Below are positions 38,743 to 53,259 of a stretch of 64,000 bases of DNA, piece by piece. Below the pieces are notes generated by a model. That model saw only the letters and a list, made by a program, of their open reading frames with translations. It was not told the origin of the DNA and did no database searches. The DNA is from Octopus vulgaris (Eukaryota), in the NCBI GenBank assembly GCA_951406725.2, contig OX597819.1, forward strand, positions 134,230,001 to 134,294,000. The letters are read 5' to 3'. The translations under genes and the position numbers were made by a program. Each line of letters starts with the position of its first letter. Position 1 is the first letter of the stretch.

Positions 38743-38970
38743 CGAACGAAACGAAACCTCGTATGCTGGTGGCTGGAGGGTATTTTTCATTTCAACGTGT
38801 GTTAAAAAAATACAATCTACTTTTATACTTTTCTAATTTACGTGAGACTTGTAAACTGCACAACTCCAATTATTTCATGGCCCATACAATTCCGACACCT
38901 TGCCGCTAACACCCACACACTACTGGCAACATAGAGGAATCACAATGTGCGACATCACACAGAACTATAT

Positions 38971-39466
38971 ACTCTTTTACTTGTTTCAATCATTTGACTG
39001 TGGCCATGCTGGGGCACCGCCTTTAGTCGAGCAAATTGACCCCAGAAGTTATTCTTTATAAGCCTAGTACTTATTCTATCGGTCTCTTTGCCGAACAGCT
39101 AAGTTACGGGGACGTAAACACACCAGCATTGGTTGTCAAGCGATATTAGGGGGACAAACACAGACACACAAAGATATATATATATATATTGGCCTGCTCG
39201 CCTAGCCAGCGGGGTGGCGTTATTTGAAGGCTAAAACAATGTGAACGCATTGTGACCAGCGATGTGTAACAACATCTGATGGTCTGGTCGGTCACGTAAT
39301 CACGTGATATATATATATATTGGTAAAACAGTAAGATAACAAAAGGAAGAAAGAGACCTCAATATTATGTAAATAGAGGAAATTTATCTATCTACCGAGT
39401 AATGTAACATATTATTGTATAGATATATATATAGATATAGATATATATATAGATATATATAGATAT

Positions 39467-39518
<52 letters not shown>

Positions 39519-39680
39519 GACGGGCTTCTTTCAGTTTCCATCTACCAAATCCACTGACAAGGCTTTGGTCGGCCCGAGGCTATAATAGAAGACACTTGCC
39601 CAAGGTGCCATGCAGTGAGACTGAACCTAGAACCATGTGGTTGGTAAGCAAGCTACTTACCACACAGCCACTCCTGTGCC

Positions 39681-39681
<1 letters not shown>
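38971..39681 (-). mobile_element. Bipartite tRNA-derived SINE (head 39516-39681, internal (TA)n with nested inserts, 3' body 38971-39176)
   Basis: A-box-like TGGCTGTGTGG and B-box GGTTCAGTCTC; 3' end GGCGGTGCCCCAGCATGGCCACAG...GAAACAAGTAAAAGAG. Joining head and body into one element is inferred. Confidence 0.75.
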
Positions 39682-39710
<29 letters not shown>

Positions 39711-39713
<3 letters not shown>

Positions 39714-39876
39714 GATGTGCTTCTTTCAGTTTCCGTCTACCAAATCCACTGACAAGGTTTTGGTCGGCCCGTGGCTATAATAGAAGACAATTGCCCAAGG
39801 TGCCACGCAGTGGGACTGAACCCGGAACCATGTGGTTGGTAAGCAAGCTACTTACCACACACCCACTCCTGCGCCT
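39711..39876 (-). mobile_element. tRNA-derived SINE head, tandem copy
   Basis: High similarity to 39516-39681. Confidence 0.85.
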
Positions 39877-42595
39877 ATATAGGAAAATATTAGCAAACTA
39901 TGCATCCATGTTATACAGAATTCCCTACAAACGTAGACTTTTAATGATGAGAACAACAATCGGTGCGTAGTATAATGCTAAATAATGACAGTGAACGAGG
40001 CTGAACATTTATGCCATCCACAACGTTATACTTGGAACGAACCAATGTGTAGGAAACAGGTCAAACAGGAATTAAAATTGAACAACACAAAGCAAAACTA
40101 AAATGCGGTTTCATCCAAGCAATTAACATTGCACCTTACTTTCAAGATGTCTTAGAGAAATAAACTGACATATTTTATCCAACGATGACAAATTACTTCT
40201 CCACCTGAATAACTAACCTGAATAACTAATATTTTTAACAAAACTATTTCTGAAAAGAAAAACAGCATCGTATGGTCTGTTGAAGTGGCTCCGAGGAGAG
40301 AACAGACAAGAATATACGCGCAGTTATACACACACACAGATACAGCCATTCACAGACAGACACTCACTCTCATACACACACACACACACACACAAAACAC
40401 TATACATAGCAGCTGTCATACACATATATCCACAAATTTATTCCGATGCTGCTATTTTCCGAACTAAAATCTAAAGATAACGCTTCCGTTTCTCAGACTT
40501 GATTGTTTGATTTGACAAAAGTAACTTGTCTGCCAAAATGTTGACATCAAAGAAATGTTGGCTTAATGTCTGAATCTTTACTGTAAGAGACTTTAAAGAA
40601 TCACATGAGTACTAATGAGCCATCTATTTCGACATTTCCTCTTCAACTTCCGAAAGGCGAGAAGCTAGCAGTGATAACTTTACATTTCAATCCAACCCCA
40701 AAAATCATTGGAGCTTTTAAAACCGACACCGAAATGGTTGAATAGAGACTTTCTTCAATAGCTTCAGTGGAACCCATCCAAGTTAAGCATTATTTACCAA
40801 AGTGAGAAATGATTTCATATTGAACAGAAATATCAATATCCAATATTGGAGAGGAAATAAGAGAAACAACCATTGTTCTTTGTCGAGTTTTGTTTCAGCC
40901 GTGACTCCTCATCATGTTTCTTTATTGTTGTGTTGGGGTTTACATAGTTTATAAAATAAGATTTTAATGCAACAAATAATACAGATCTCTAAAATGAGTT
41001 CAAAAGGCATGCGGTCATATTTGTGGAACCATTCCTTTATACATTCGGCTAAATATATTGATTTGCACAAAACCGATATAATGATCGATTTGACGTAATT
41101 ACATGACCGGTTATTTTTTATCAACTTCTTCCAGATAAAAATCTGAACTGACAGCATTTAAAGCCCAAACGCAGAGAAACGGAACGAAATATTGAAAGGA
41201 ATTGAGTCTGGTGCTTTACCGTTTCTATCACTTCGCCGTCGCTTTTACAAATTGTATAATTAAGACATAAATCTTCCTTTATAATCAGGCTTCTTTAAAA
41301 GAGAGATGAGGTTTCCATTTCCTACACCAGCAAACAAAGCAAATGTCAGAAGGTTTGCGGTGGTCAAGAAATGTTTGTTTGTTTTCAACATTCTGCGCGT
41401 ATTTGATATTTGTTGAATTTTTTGAAATATTTATTTGTGAATTTTTATTTAAACGCTCTTATTTTCGCATCGACATTTATTTCCTTTTGTTTAAGAACAC
41501 CAAAATACCTTTGCATTTTTATGTACTTATCCTTTCGGACACCAATTTAAGTTCTAAAATATAAGGTGTGTACCTTATTCCATAAGTTCATCATACACAC
41601 AAAAACAAAAGACAACGGCATCACTTCTTGACCATTTTCTATATTTTATCTATATCAGCCTCTTACATGAGGTATGAAGTTTAAATATTAGTTCAAGTTA
41701 TGTGAGTGTGTATGTGTGTGCGTGTTGTGTAGACACGTATGTGTATGCATTCGTTTACTGAAGCAGGAGCTATTCCGAATTTCCTCTTTCCTTTCTTTAC
41801 AGCATAAACGCTAAGTGTATGTATATACGTCTGTGTCTAAGTGTATCGTTCTGATGGAAATTATGTGGGGTACCTGCTGTGCTGATAATGGTTGCAGAGG
41901 CAGAACTCCATCTTTAGCTTCCTCTTATCTGAAGACAAGAGGACAATCTTTTTCTTAATAGCAGGTTAATTATAGAGTATTTTTTTTATTCTTGAGATTA
42001 TCGACCCCTTAACATTTGGAGGTGTACTACTTGACACCAAGAGATCATTTCAACAGATAAACCATTTTCTTATTTAATATATGTTATTTAATTTATCCTT
42101 GTTTGCTTTTGTTGTTCAAATACTTCACTGGTCACTCTCCGTCATTTCTCTTAGTTCATTTTCGTTTCACATCATACACCGCAGGGGAGGGTGCGGACAC
42201 ACGGTGCCTTTTTTTTACAGACATGAATTAATTAAAAACTATGATGCGTAACATTTTCAGCGGTCTAACTCGATATTTTAAGGGAGGATTTCGAAATCGC
42301 TACGCTGTTGCTAGACAATCGTTGATCCAGCGTTGGTCGCATCCGTCCAAGTATTGTTTTTCTTGACTGATGTTCTACCAACACTCCTCATCAGGTTTGT
42401 CTCGTGGGGGAACTGGTTAAGCGTCATGTGACAACGTGGCTTGGCATATTGTGATTCATATAAACGAGGCATTTATAAAAAAAAGTGGTCAATAGAAACT
42501 TTGAAGATATCCCAACGTCTGTAGAAAGTAAATTGAATTTTGAAGCGACATTACATCAATACACACACACATGCATATATATATATATATATATG

Positions 42596-42822
42596 GAAAA
42601 AAGTCAAGATAGAAAATGCTAAAATGATTTTATAAAAAACATTTCAGTGCCGGTTTCAGTCATTGAGACTTTTCCAACTGTAAGTATGGAAAACAATCAA
42701 ATTTAGAAAAACTTTTTAAGTTTTTTAAAAGAATATTTGTATAGTGTTCAAATACAAGTGTAATTTTCCTTGTTTCTGCCTGTCTTTGTCTCTCTTGTTT
42801 ACTCTTGTGGGTTCGATGTCCT
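42596..42822 (-). mobile_element. Penelope-like terminal fragment in (TA)n with a degenerate hammerhead-like motif
   Basis: Minus 42645-42680: CAG-TTGGAAA-AGTC tcaat GACT-GAAACCGGCA-CTG; flanked by (TA)n on both sides. Confidence 0.45.
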
Positions 42823-44639
42823 ATATATATATATATACATTAACAGACGCATGGACGTCTCTGATCGTTCGGATACCATATATGAAATGATGAGGCAATC
42901 ACAGCTTTTAAATACGTTTGGTTGTCATTGGATGATAAGGTTCGTTCGTATCAGCCAATTCGAATCAAATGGTGAAATTGGTAATTTGACATTTGCTAGA
43001 CGTTATAGCGACTAATGAACCGCTGATGTGTATAAGAGCAGTCTCTTGTACTTTTGTTACGAATTCCAGTGTAATTTAAAAGCAAGTAAAATAACTTTAA
43101 TATTTCTTGGACTTTGCAAATATTTACAATAACAAAACGTTTCAAAATTTAGAACTAACAGTTTCAAAAACAGTAAATTGATATTTTAAACAATAACTAA
43201 ACTAGTGACAAGAATTCTTATATTCGTTCTTAAATCCTTTCATTTGCATATCAGACAAAAACTTAGATTAATATAAAACGTTCTATGAGATAATTTGATG
43301 TTTGAGATCTGTTTTGGTTTATAAAAACAAAAAAAAAAATCAGTCTAATGATTTTGAAGATGATCATTGCAAATAATAAATTATAAATCTATAAAAAGTA
43401 TTTTAATGAATTAATATTTAATTAGGCCAATATTCAGTGAAACACATGCACTGTAAAACAATTGCTTAAACTGCTTCGTGTTTGAGTTCTTCTATAATAT
43501 TGATCTGTTCAACTTTCCAATGGTAGTACAAAGAAATCATTCTGAATTGTCTATTGAGGTAACAGGTAGAACACTTTACCTCAATACAAAAGGAAATAAC
43601 GTTTTATGATGCTTCAAGTTTTCAACTGACATTAACTTCTCCGGAATGTTTCTAATTTTGCGTTCAATCAGGAACTGCTTCATAATAAAATATATTCTTA
43701 GATTGTCTTGAATCTTTTCAGGCAAATTCTTCTCAAACGATTCATTTATTCACTCCTCAAACCTATCAAAAGCGGTGTTTATGTATCTGCTGCTGCTGAC
43801 AACAAAATAGATATATATTATCCAGTAAATTTAACCCCAATATTCTTGTAATACACGAGTTATTAGATATAAATATTTAATGTTTGAAACTATCAGAGCT
43901 ATAACATTGGCCTGCATTCATTTTTTTTTTTTTTGAATTTCGTATTTTATTTACAAGCAAAAAAAATCGATATACATTTGTGTATGCTGGTTCCAAAATT
44001 CATAAGCATTTTTACTATTCATAAAAAATTCGCATAGATTTTTCACTTTTAACCATCTTATTTCAAAATATATGTTTGGTAATATATAAAAGTACAAAAC
44101 CGTTATATACAGCAGAAATAGCATTAGATAAAACTAGCCATTTATACATCTTGCCTTTCAACGAGGTATTAAGATCAAGCATAATATATTGATTCCTTTT
44201 CTAATTTAATACTGATTTTGTTGCATAGAACGGAAGCCGGGCAGCCATTTGCAATACCAGGGAATTTTTATTCACTGCTTTTTCTATATAATATCAGTGG
44301 TGACAAATTTCGTCTAACCACGTGGCTTCATGTGTGTCCATGCCAGACAACGCCCAACGAGGCAGCAATGCATCTGATGGTCTCAATGGCTGCTGCTGCT
44401 GCTGCTATGATTTTCGTCCCATTCTGATGTCTGTTGTTTTTAAACACAGCACATCCCTACATTGTTTATTTAAATAATGAAGACTATTTGCTGTGCTTAT
44501 GTCTTCCAGATTAAATTTACGGGGAAAAAAATATGTTAGCAAAAACAAATCAATTTTATATTATTATGCAAAAATTGTTATAAAATTCTTTAAAAAGAAA
44601 AAAGATTATTTAATACAAAAGTTTGATTATCTGGTTAGA

Positions 44640-45150
44640 AATTACAGTTTCCTAAGTCTTCAGTGAGATGCATTTCTGCAACTTTGTTCCTGGACAGCCT
44701 TTCCTCAAATACTCTGAGTATATCTTCACATGTAGAGAGTTTCGTTTGTCTGACACTATTTAAATTCCAAAACTTTTGCTTAAATTTTTTTTTTACTTTA
44801 TTTATGGCGTAGCAAGAGTAGAATGTCATTTCCACTAAAAGAAACACCAAAAACAGATTCTTACTAAGAATTTAAAGTGTTATATTATTTGAAAACAAAC
44901 TTATTGTTGGTCAAATAAACGTTATTTTACCACTGCAGTACAATATAGTTAAGATGACATGAAAACAAATATTTTCATAACGATGAAAAAGAAATTCAAA
45001 TTCTTTTTCCATAATTTCCATTTTTAACTGAAGGAGAGCTGAAAGCTGCAATGTTCGTTAGACCACAAATTTAGAGAAATTACGCAAGATAAAAATTTGA
45101 GAGCTGAATGTCTGAAATTCGGTTTGAAATATCTGTTGAAAATATATTTC
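44640..45150 (+). pseudogene. Decayed DNA-transposase fragment (Chapaev3-like, recalled from memory)
   Basis: FPFLTEGELKAAMFVRPQI resembles the FP.LS..K.KAG.F.GPQIR motif; upstream LPL and GQP.LKY pieces. Confidence 0.35.
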
Positions 45151-47759
45151 TGAAATTAATGATTATACGCTTCAGTATGTCAACTTCGTCTTTGGAAATG
45201 AACTTTATTTTCAATCTTACATCAAAACTGTTTTGATTGGTTTAATCGATATCCGGTGTCTTACTCCTGAATACGAATATAACATCAGATCAGATGCTAG
45301 CTTTATTTCTAAATTAACAACAGTATTCTTTTTATCCACTTGGCTTTTGCTGAATGTATGTACAGATATAATAGTTATACAAATAACTTAGTTGTTTAAT
45401 CATATTTTTGTATCTTATATCTGTTGTGGATATAAATAGTAATCTTAGAAAACTTTATCGGATTTGCAAGATTTTTGGCTAGCAAAGTTTTTTTCAAACA
45501 TAAATGACGACTTTCTTCAACTTGGATAAAAGGTAAAACGTACAAAAACCTTTTCCACATTATAGTAACTATTTTCTAGAAAATTTCCGAGTACAGTGAA
45601 AGAAGGTGAAGTTTTTACTCTGTTGAGGTCAGCAGAATAATATTTTAGTCAATTATATTTATTATTTGAGATATTAACCTCGTATAAAAAAGAAAAATGA
45701 ATTAAGTTTTAATATTTCTTTTTTATTTTGAAAATATATATCTGTAGCAATCAGCTATTTTCTAAATTTGATGTCATATGAAAAAAAAATACGAATATAT
45801 TCAAAGAGACCAAATCAAAGTTTATTGGATAATTCAAACTGATGTATTACGGCGACCAATCTTATAAAAATTATTTTCATAAAACTGCTCTGAACAGAAA
45901 AACAAAGTGAAATAAAAGTATATAAATGTTTGCAAATATGCTAAGTTTCTTTAAAGATGGCATGTGAAGATTTTCTCATGGAGCCATTGATCTTTTTTTA
46001 AGAATTCTTAATGCTGCTCAGAAAGTAACTGAAGAATGATAACGGCAAGAGAATAATGAGGTATTCAATAATCTCTTTAAGAATTCGACTGGAATCTAAG
46101 TGTTGTCTGATCTTGTTTTATTGGACTGAAAAGATAATGAAATATGTTTTAAAGATAAGGAATAATGAAATCGTTACACTTGAAATTTGTTGTAGATGAA
46201 CAATGGAGATGAGTTAAGAATTTTCTTAAAGTAAAAAAAATCATTTCCGGGATTTTTAGAGGAAATGTTTTTGTTTTTTTTGCAAGACAATACAGTTTGG
46301 GGAAATATGAAAGATTTAACAAAGATATTGCAGCAATTGTTTAGAATCCCTGACTCTCATATTCTGGCACTAAAAAAACAAAGGTTAAATTTACGGTGAG
46401 CCCCATATATTAGTTGAAGTTAATTCATTCCCTGTATGTTCTGCTTTAAATTCTAATGTACCTGGTGATGCTTGGGTAAGTTATCCAAAAAAACCACTGA
46501 GCAGTATTGTGGAGATGTGAAGATGCATTAGGAACTGTATGAATGAGGAATTAAGATCTGCGTCTAGCATCATTGAAGTATGAATGACTGGGAACATTCT
46601 CGTTCGGTGACTTGTTCATTCCAAAACCTTGGAGGAAACAAAATTCTAACCATGTGGAAAGGCTGGTTCTACCTGGTTCAGTTCAAAAACTTTCAATGAT
46701 TGCCCTTAAGATTTATTGATGATGATGATGATGATTGAAATTAAAGCCTTCAAATTTCAAATAGTACACCAATTGATTTCAGTGTTGTTATGGCAATGAA
46801 ACAACTGACACCTGCAAATTTTCCTGGCAATATTGTGACATCCAGAACATGAGGCGTCATACTTTTAGTGGTGAGTCTTGGATTGTTACAAACTTTTGCA
46901 GGATCAGCTAATTGGTCTAATTCGATATGGAGCTAATAGCCACCTGAAATACGCCTAATCACATGCAAACACGCAAAATGCATGCATCAACATGTATACA
47001 ACAAGCGCAACATGCAATAGTTATAGTAAAGGTTTCGCACCTTGCTATAACGATATCATCACTAAATATAGAAAGAATGATTAACAGTGCGTGACTGCTG
47101 ACTGATCCATTTGCTCTTGGCTGGAAGAAATTCAGATGACAGGCATCTCGGTGATCTCAGCTGTCCTTTTAAATGTCAACCCATTGCAATCCCTTTTAAT
47201 ACTAGTTGTCAGATAATTAAAGATGACAAGAGTAGTTTAAAGTGACATCCACTCCATGTCCGTCCAAAATTTAACTTTAAATTAAATCAGAAATTCAGTC
47301 AGCAAATGAACAGTACACTGTTGGACGAAACGACGACCAGTATTTAAAACGGGTCTCAGTAGTAATTGGAACTGTAGAAAGTTCTCTTGGATTTTCTAGG
47401 TTTATAAAATGAAAATGTTGTAAATCAAAACATTCTTGAACTTTTGTATATATTTACTTCAAAAACTATCGTCAGAGATGCCATTTTGGGAAGAAAAACA
47501 GATTCCTTCTCTTTTTCAGGCAACGCATAATATTTCAAAGTTTACATCAGCGATATGAAATGATAAAAATCGCCATCAGATCACAATGTTATTCAAACTC
47601 TTTAAGCTGCCAACTTGATGGAGCAATAGAAATGGCAATAAACCGACGCTATGTCGGCACTGCCCTCCACCTCCCGCCTCTCTTTACCTCTCAACTTATC
47701 TATCTAAACAGTTCTGTATTTAAGAGATGAGGAATTATGTACATTATTTACATAATGGC

Positions 47760-48106
47760 GCCTTACTTTGGCCTTACTATCAATACAAAAGAGAGACTGA
47801 GGTAATGTATCAGCCAGCTCCAGCCAAGTCCTACGTTGAACCCAACATCACCATCAACGGGCAGCGACTGAACGCGGTGGACAAGTTCACCTACATTGAC
47901 AGCACACTTTCTAGAAATGTTGTCGTCAGTGGCGAAATCAACGCCAGACTCGCCAAGGCAAGCGCTGCCTTCGGCAGGCAACACAAGACTGTCTGGGACA
48001 GGAGGAGGATCATCATCATGACAAAGATCGAGGCGTACCGGGCTGTTGTTCTCACAACGCTACTTTACGGCTGCGAGTCCTGGACGGTCTACCAGCGTCA
48101 TGCCAC
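47760..48106 (+). mobile_element. RTE-clade RT internal fragment
   Basis: TEVMYQPAP..Y.EPNITINGQRLNAVDKFTY..STLSR....EINARLAKASAAFGR....VW.....TKI..YRAVVLTTLLYGCESWTVY. Confidence 0.85.
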
Positions 48107-48932
48107 ACACATCCATCCCCATATAGCTAAATTTCCTTCCTCTATTTCCACCCCCTCCGCTCCTTCCCACCAAATACACACATAACTCGCTTAACCTTCA
48201 TACTTGTAAAATGGGATAAGTATCCCTCTGGTGTACTTCCATTAATGTGAAATAACCGGAAGAAATGAAGATGATCAACACCCACGGATACTACTGTTAT
48301 TATCGCAGTATTATGGACTGTGATCTTAAAAGACGTGTGGCTTGCAGAAACGCGCGTAGTGATGCATTAAATGTTTCTAAATTCCATCCAAGGATGATGA
48401 TGATAATTATTATTATTATTATATAAGTAATGTAAAAGAGGTTATTACTTCTGTTCCCTGTATAGAGGTGGGGGAAATAAAATCTCAAAGAAACAGAATC
48501 TAGTGCGAAAAACTTGGTTTAGCAACAATACACCTTGGAATGAGATTGTCGCAGGTGTTAAACACATTGAGTTTTAAGAATCTCAGATAATATATTCAAC
48601 AACAGAATTGTTGTTTTTAACATCAAAATATTGAATTAGATGTTCCACTACTTTTCATGTAACAGAGATTAAAATTAGGTTTGAACGCTGCAATTATTAA
48701 ATATGGTTAACTTCTGTATCTTTAATTAATGACTTATCAGCAATGGCTTACCTTGTAAACACCGTAAATTATCTTTAAAAATAAGTTAGAATTTCGCTGT
48801 GTCAGAATAACGGAAACATTTGAAAAATTTCCAAAAGATTCCACAGATGAGAGAATAGTTTTGATGAAATCAATAAATTTAGTGACACAACAACATAAAA
48901 AAACAAATATTTACAATCTCATTGAACAAATA

Positions 48933-48981
<49 letters not shown>

Positions 48982-49438
48982 CACAGATCTGAGTTTCCAT
49001 TTTTCGAAATGGCTTTCAGATCATTAAACAATTTTGATTTCTTTAATCTAGAGAGATGCGTCAAAGCATTATTTTGTTGTTCTTTGTTTTATTCTGCAAC
49101 CTTCAAATATTTCCTACTTTTAACCCTGATTATTTCAAACAGGTTCTCACTTCAAAATGCTCGTTCATTGACATCATCTACAATTTAAAACTATTTTAGA
49201 TTTCCATAAATCATTTGCATCATTAAGAAATTTTCTCATTCACTCTCATTTTGTTTTGTACACACACACACACACACACAAGCACTCTCTCTCTCTCTCC
49301 CCTCTCTCTCTCTGCCCTATTGCTTTATGAGAAACATGAAACGTCTAACGCTATTAACAGAATACATTTTCAATACTTCCTATTTCCCTCTGTTTCCCAC
49401 GCTCTCTCACTCTCTCCTTCTCTCTCTCTCTCTCTCCT

Positions 49439-49480
<42 letters not shown>

Positions 49481-50149
49481 TTTCTCAATATGGCATCAAG
49501 TAAGCACAAACTATTCAAAAGGCCAAATGAAATAAATGACTCAGACATGACTTTTAAATTAATAACAATTTCTTAATTGGATGTAAATTTAAACAGAAAC
49601 AATTATAAATGGGAAGTAATGATGTTCATACTTTTGTGAATATCTTCTCTTCGCACTTTGGGAGCAGCGTTAATATGTAACACTTAATGGTGGATAACCA
49701 CTCGTATGTGTTTAGTTGATTCCTTCTTTATTCTTTAAGATAAAGCTGTCATCAAACCATTGACATTCTCGATATCAAAAATTTGATTCATATAAATTTG
49801 GTTGTCCTGGACATAACAAACTGGACCCTGCTTGACTATTCATTTTTCATTAGCTAGAACTGACCAATCACTGACCACTCACAACCTTTTTGGTACCTTC
49901 TCTGCTAAGACCCTTTTTGGCGTATTTAAGAAAGTAACATCTAAAAATTACATTAACTGTCTGTCTGTCTGTCTGTGACTTCAATCTCTCCATTGTAATC
50001 AATTCAATCCCGTAACAAAAATAAAAGAAATTGTTGATCTTAAAATATGGATCATTCTTTGTCTTCATTTCAGCCCATTAAAAGGTTGTTTACTATAAAT
50101 GAGTTCGTGTATAAAATATAGCATTATTATTGAGGAGTACAAATATATT

Positions 50150-50363
50150 ACGGAGATTTACTTGCATAGCAAGTGACCTGATCTGAGATCGTGTGCTGGA
50201 ACGAAAACAATTGCAGCGTGGAAGGTGTTTATAAGCCATTTAAGAAACACACAAAAACCGTTAGATTCACTTCAACATTTAACATTTAATTTGTTGAGGT
50301 GAATCTAACGGTTTTTGTGTGTTTCTTAAATGGCTTATAAACACCTTCCACTCTGCAATTGTT
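50150..50363. mobile_element. Short foldback insertion with apparent target-site duplication
   Basis: 73-bp inverted arms 50205-50277/50292-50364 (2 mismatches); direct repeat TACAAATATATT at 50138-50149 and 50364-50375. Confidence 0.8.
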
Positions 50364-50470
50364 TACAAATATATTGTTATCTAAAATATAGTTCCATCCT
50401 AAATTAAGGAATTCAACTTAAAAAAGATTATTATATAAACAAAGGTCAATGTTTATTCGTATAAGTGTAC

Positions 50471-50518
<48 letters not shown>

Positions 50519-51238
50519 AAATGTGAGAATCTGGAAAGTGATCAAATTCATATTAAAATGATACATGAAGATAACACCATAAAACAAGTTACATTTGGGG
50601 TGGGGAGGATATTAAATTTAATCAAAAGATTCGACAAAATAATTTTTCCTTGCAAAATTACGATATTTCAAAATGATTTGACTAATTCCCAAATATCAAA
50701 ACTTATCCATTGATAATTAAAAGAGACATACACCCCGCCCCCAATGAGACACTCTGAACAACAATCAAAAGATTTTGGCATCCCCTAAACGTTTTATATA
50801 AAAGCTAATATACTCGTTAGTAGAGAAGGTTTTAATGAAATTCCTCATAGAACATCTGTTTTCGTCGAACAAGTTGGCAGCAAGAAAAAAATAGAATCGT
50901 TGTTATTTAACATTTTATTCCACATCTAATTAAATTAAGTTTTGAAAATAAAATATGACCTTTGTTAAAAACACCAGAGAAATTCAATTTTTTAATTTGA
51001 AAATATTCAGATCAAACATCTACTGACATTTTGTCATTTTGTCAAATATTTTTTTCTGTTTATAGAATTTATGGAATATTGAGGTGTCTTACCAAGCAAA
51101 CAGGCTGTAAAATCCTGCCTCAAAATAAATTCCTGTTCAAGTCATGCGAACTTGGAAAAGGAGAGATTCAACTAAGCATCACACACATACACGTGTGTGC
51201 GCGCGTACATGTGTGTGTGTGTGTGTGTTTATGTGGGA

Positions 51239-51541
51239 AGGCACGTGGCTTAATGGTTAAGGTCTTTGGCTTACTATCTTACGATCTTCGATTCGATTCC
51301 CAGCGGCGCGCCATGTCTTTGAGCAACTTTATTTCATGTTGCTCCAGTCCACTCAGCTGGCAAAAATGAGGTCTGCTTGTATTTCAAAGGGTCATCCTTG
51401 TCACACTGAATCTCCCTGAGAACTCCATTAAGGATACGCGTGTCTGTGGGGTGCTCAGCCACTTTCACATTCATTTCACGAGCAGGTTCTTCCGTAGATC
51501 AGATCAAGTAGAACGTGCGTCGTCGCAACGGACGGAGTTAC
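51239..51541 (+). mobile_element. tRNA-derived SINE (second family)
   Basis: A-box TGGCTTAATGG, B-box-like GATTCGATTCC, central GCTCCAGTCCACTCAGCTGG domain. Confidence 0.7.
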
Positions 51542-51599
51542 ATTTTTTATGTTGTGCTATAATAAAAACAATTTTACATTAAACTGAAGAATTATTCAA

Positions 51600-53140
51600 T
51601 ACTTTTTGCTGAGAGAATATTTATGGTTCTTTCACAGGAACAGGATTGACAGGGACTTCCCAGTTTCGGCCTGGTAGGCCATTGTCGGACTCTGGTACAT
51701 TTTGGTTCATTTAGGCTTTATATAGTGTCTGTTAACATAAGACTTTCTGGGGAAGGCGGAGCTCTGTTGTGTGATAATCAGGTTGTATGTTAGGTTCGGA
51801 TGAAACGGTATCATAGAAGGTTTCTCTTCATTAAATTCAGAGCTGTGTTAGTGTTCAGAATTCAGTTATACACGTAGAACTTTTTTTATCAGATGTGTCT
51901 CTTGAGGAGCATCCTCTTCAGGCCTTGGGGTTGTTTTTAGGGCTTTTCAAAACAATTTAAGTAGGCCAAAAGGTTAGTTTTTCAGCAGATGTCACTAAGT
52001 TTAGTTGTTGTTGATTTTATTTGGATACTAAATGGAGATTTAACCCTTTATTTTGGGAATGTGAAGGTTATAGTTCAGAGTTCAGTCTAGCATTTTATAC
52101 TTATGTAATCAGATGTTTTGATCCAGTTGTGTCAACTTTAGGTCATAGCATTATAAGTATAGAAGTTTATTTTTGCTTCAATCTTAACAAAAGGGTGTAG
52201 GTGTATGAGTAAAGTTTGGTTGGTCATCAAAGTATTCTGAAAAATAATTTGGCTATTTGAGACTTGAATATTGAGAGGGGAATTGAACAAGTAATTTGCC
52301 TTTTTCTACTTGTATGTTCTTATTTTTATTCATTGTAGCTATAGTGTTACTTATATATTTACTTTTTCTTTGTAACCGCTATTATTGAGAGCTTCGTAAT
52401 ATGGAGTTGCTATATCGTTGAGCATTTGGAAAGTCTTAGAAATATGTTCCTCACTAGATTTATAATCATGCTTTTGGGATGGTTGGATTGTCTATGTATA
52501 TACTGGATTTTTCGGGTTTTTTTGAGAATTTATGTGTTCGTGCGTGCTTTTACTAATAAAGCCTAAGTTCGGTTTCGAATGGCTTATAGGTTTGACAGAT
52601 CCATGTTACTATTGAGATTACTTTAATGGTCCTTCTCTGTTACGTAGAAGCATTTTGGTGTTAATATGTCTATTCTATCGTCTAGTTTAAGCTTGTGACT
52701 ACTTTGGGGCTGTGATGTTTAAGAAGTTCAAAGCAGGTTTTCTGTAATTGTTGGAGATTGTGTCAGAAAGGAAGAGGTTATAAGGAAGAGGTTATAAGCA
52801 GTTTCACTAATCTAATAATAGTTGTCTTCTTCTATTTTACAAACACATTTCTGCATGTTTTTTTTTAGGTTGAATTTTCTGTTTCAGTTCTTTCTCAAGT
52901 GCTTTGATTTGCATTTTAAATTGTATTTCTTTGCGAATATATCAACCTCAAAGAGTTGCAGTACTGGAATGTGTGGGGGGAATTTGACTGAATCCGTAGC
53001 TGTTGGGTGCTTGTTCATCTATTTGCCCTGTTTTCGTGATACATTTTCCAACTTCGTCTCTTGATAAAACTCTCGGTTTTTTGGCAACAGCGTTTTCAGG
53101 TAATGCGTCTTAGTTGCTGTTGACATATTTTTCATAGATT
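51600..53140 (-). mobile_element. Decayed Penelope-like element
   Basis: Minus-strand remnants YIHRQSNHPKS and RKRQIT..P (RKR.I.WFNPP-like); degenerate hammerhead about 51650-51692. Confidence 0.6.
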
Positions 53141-53168
53141 AAGATTTTATACATACATACATATATAC

Positions 53169-53218
<50 letters not shown>

Positions 53219-53259
53219 GTATATATATATATAGGCATCATCATGATAGTCATTTTCAA

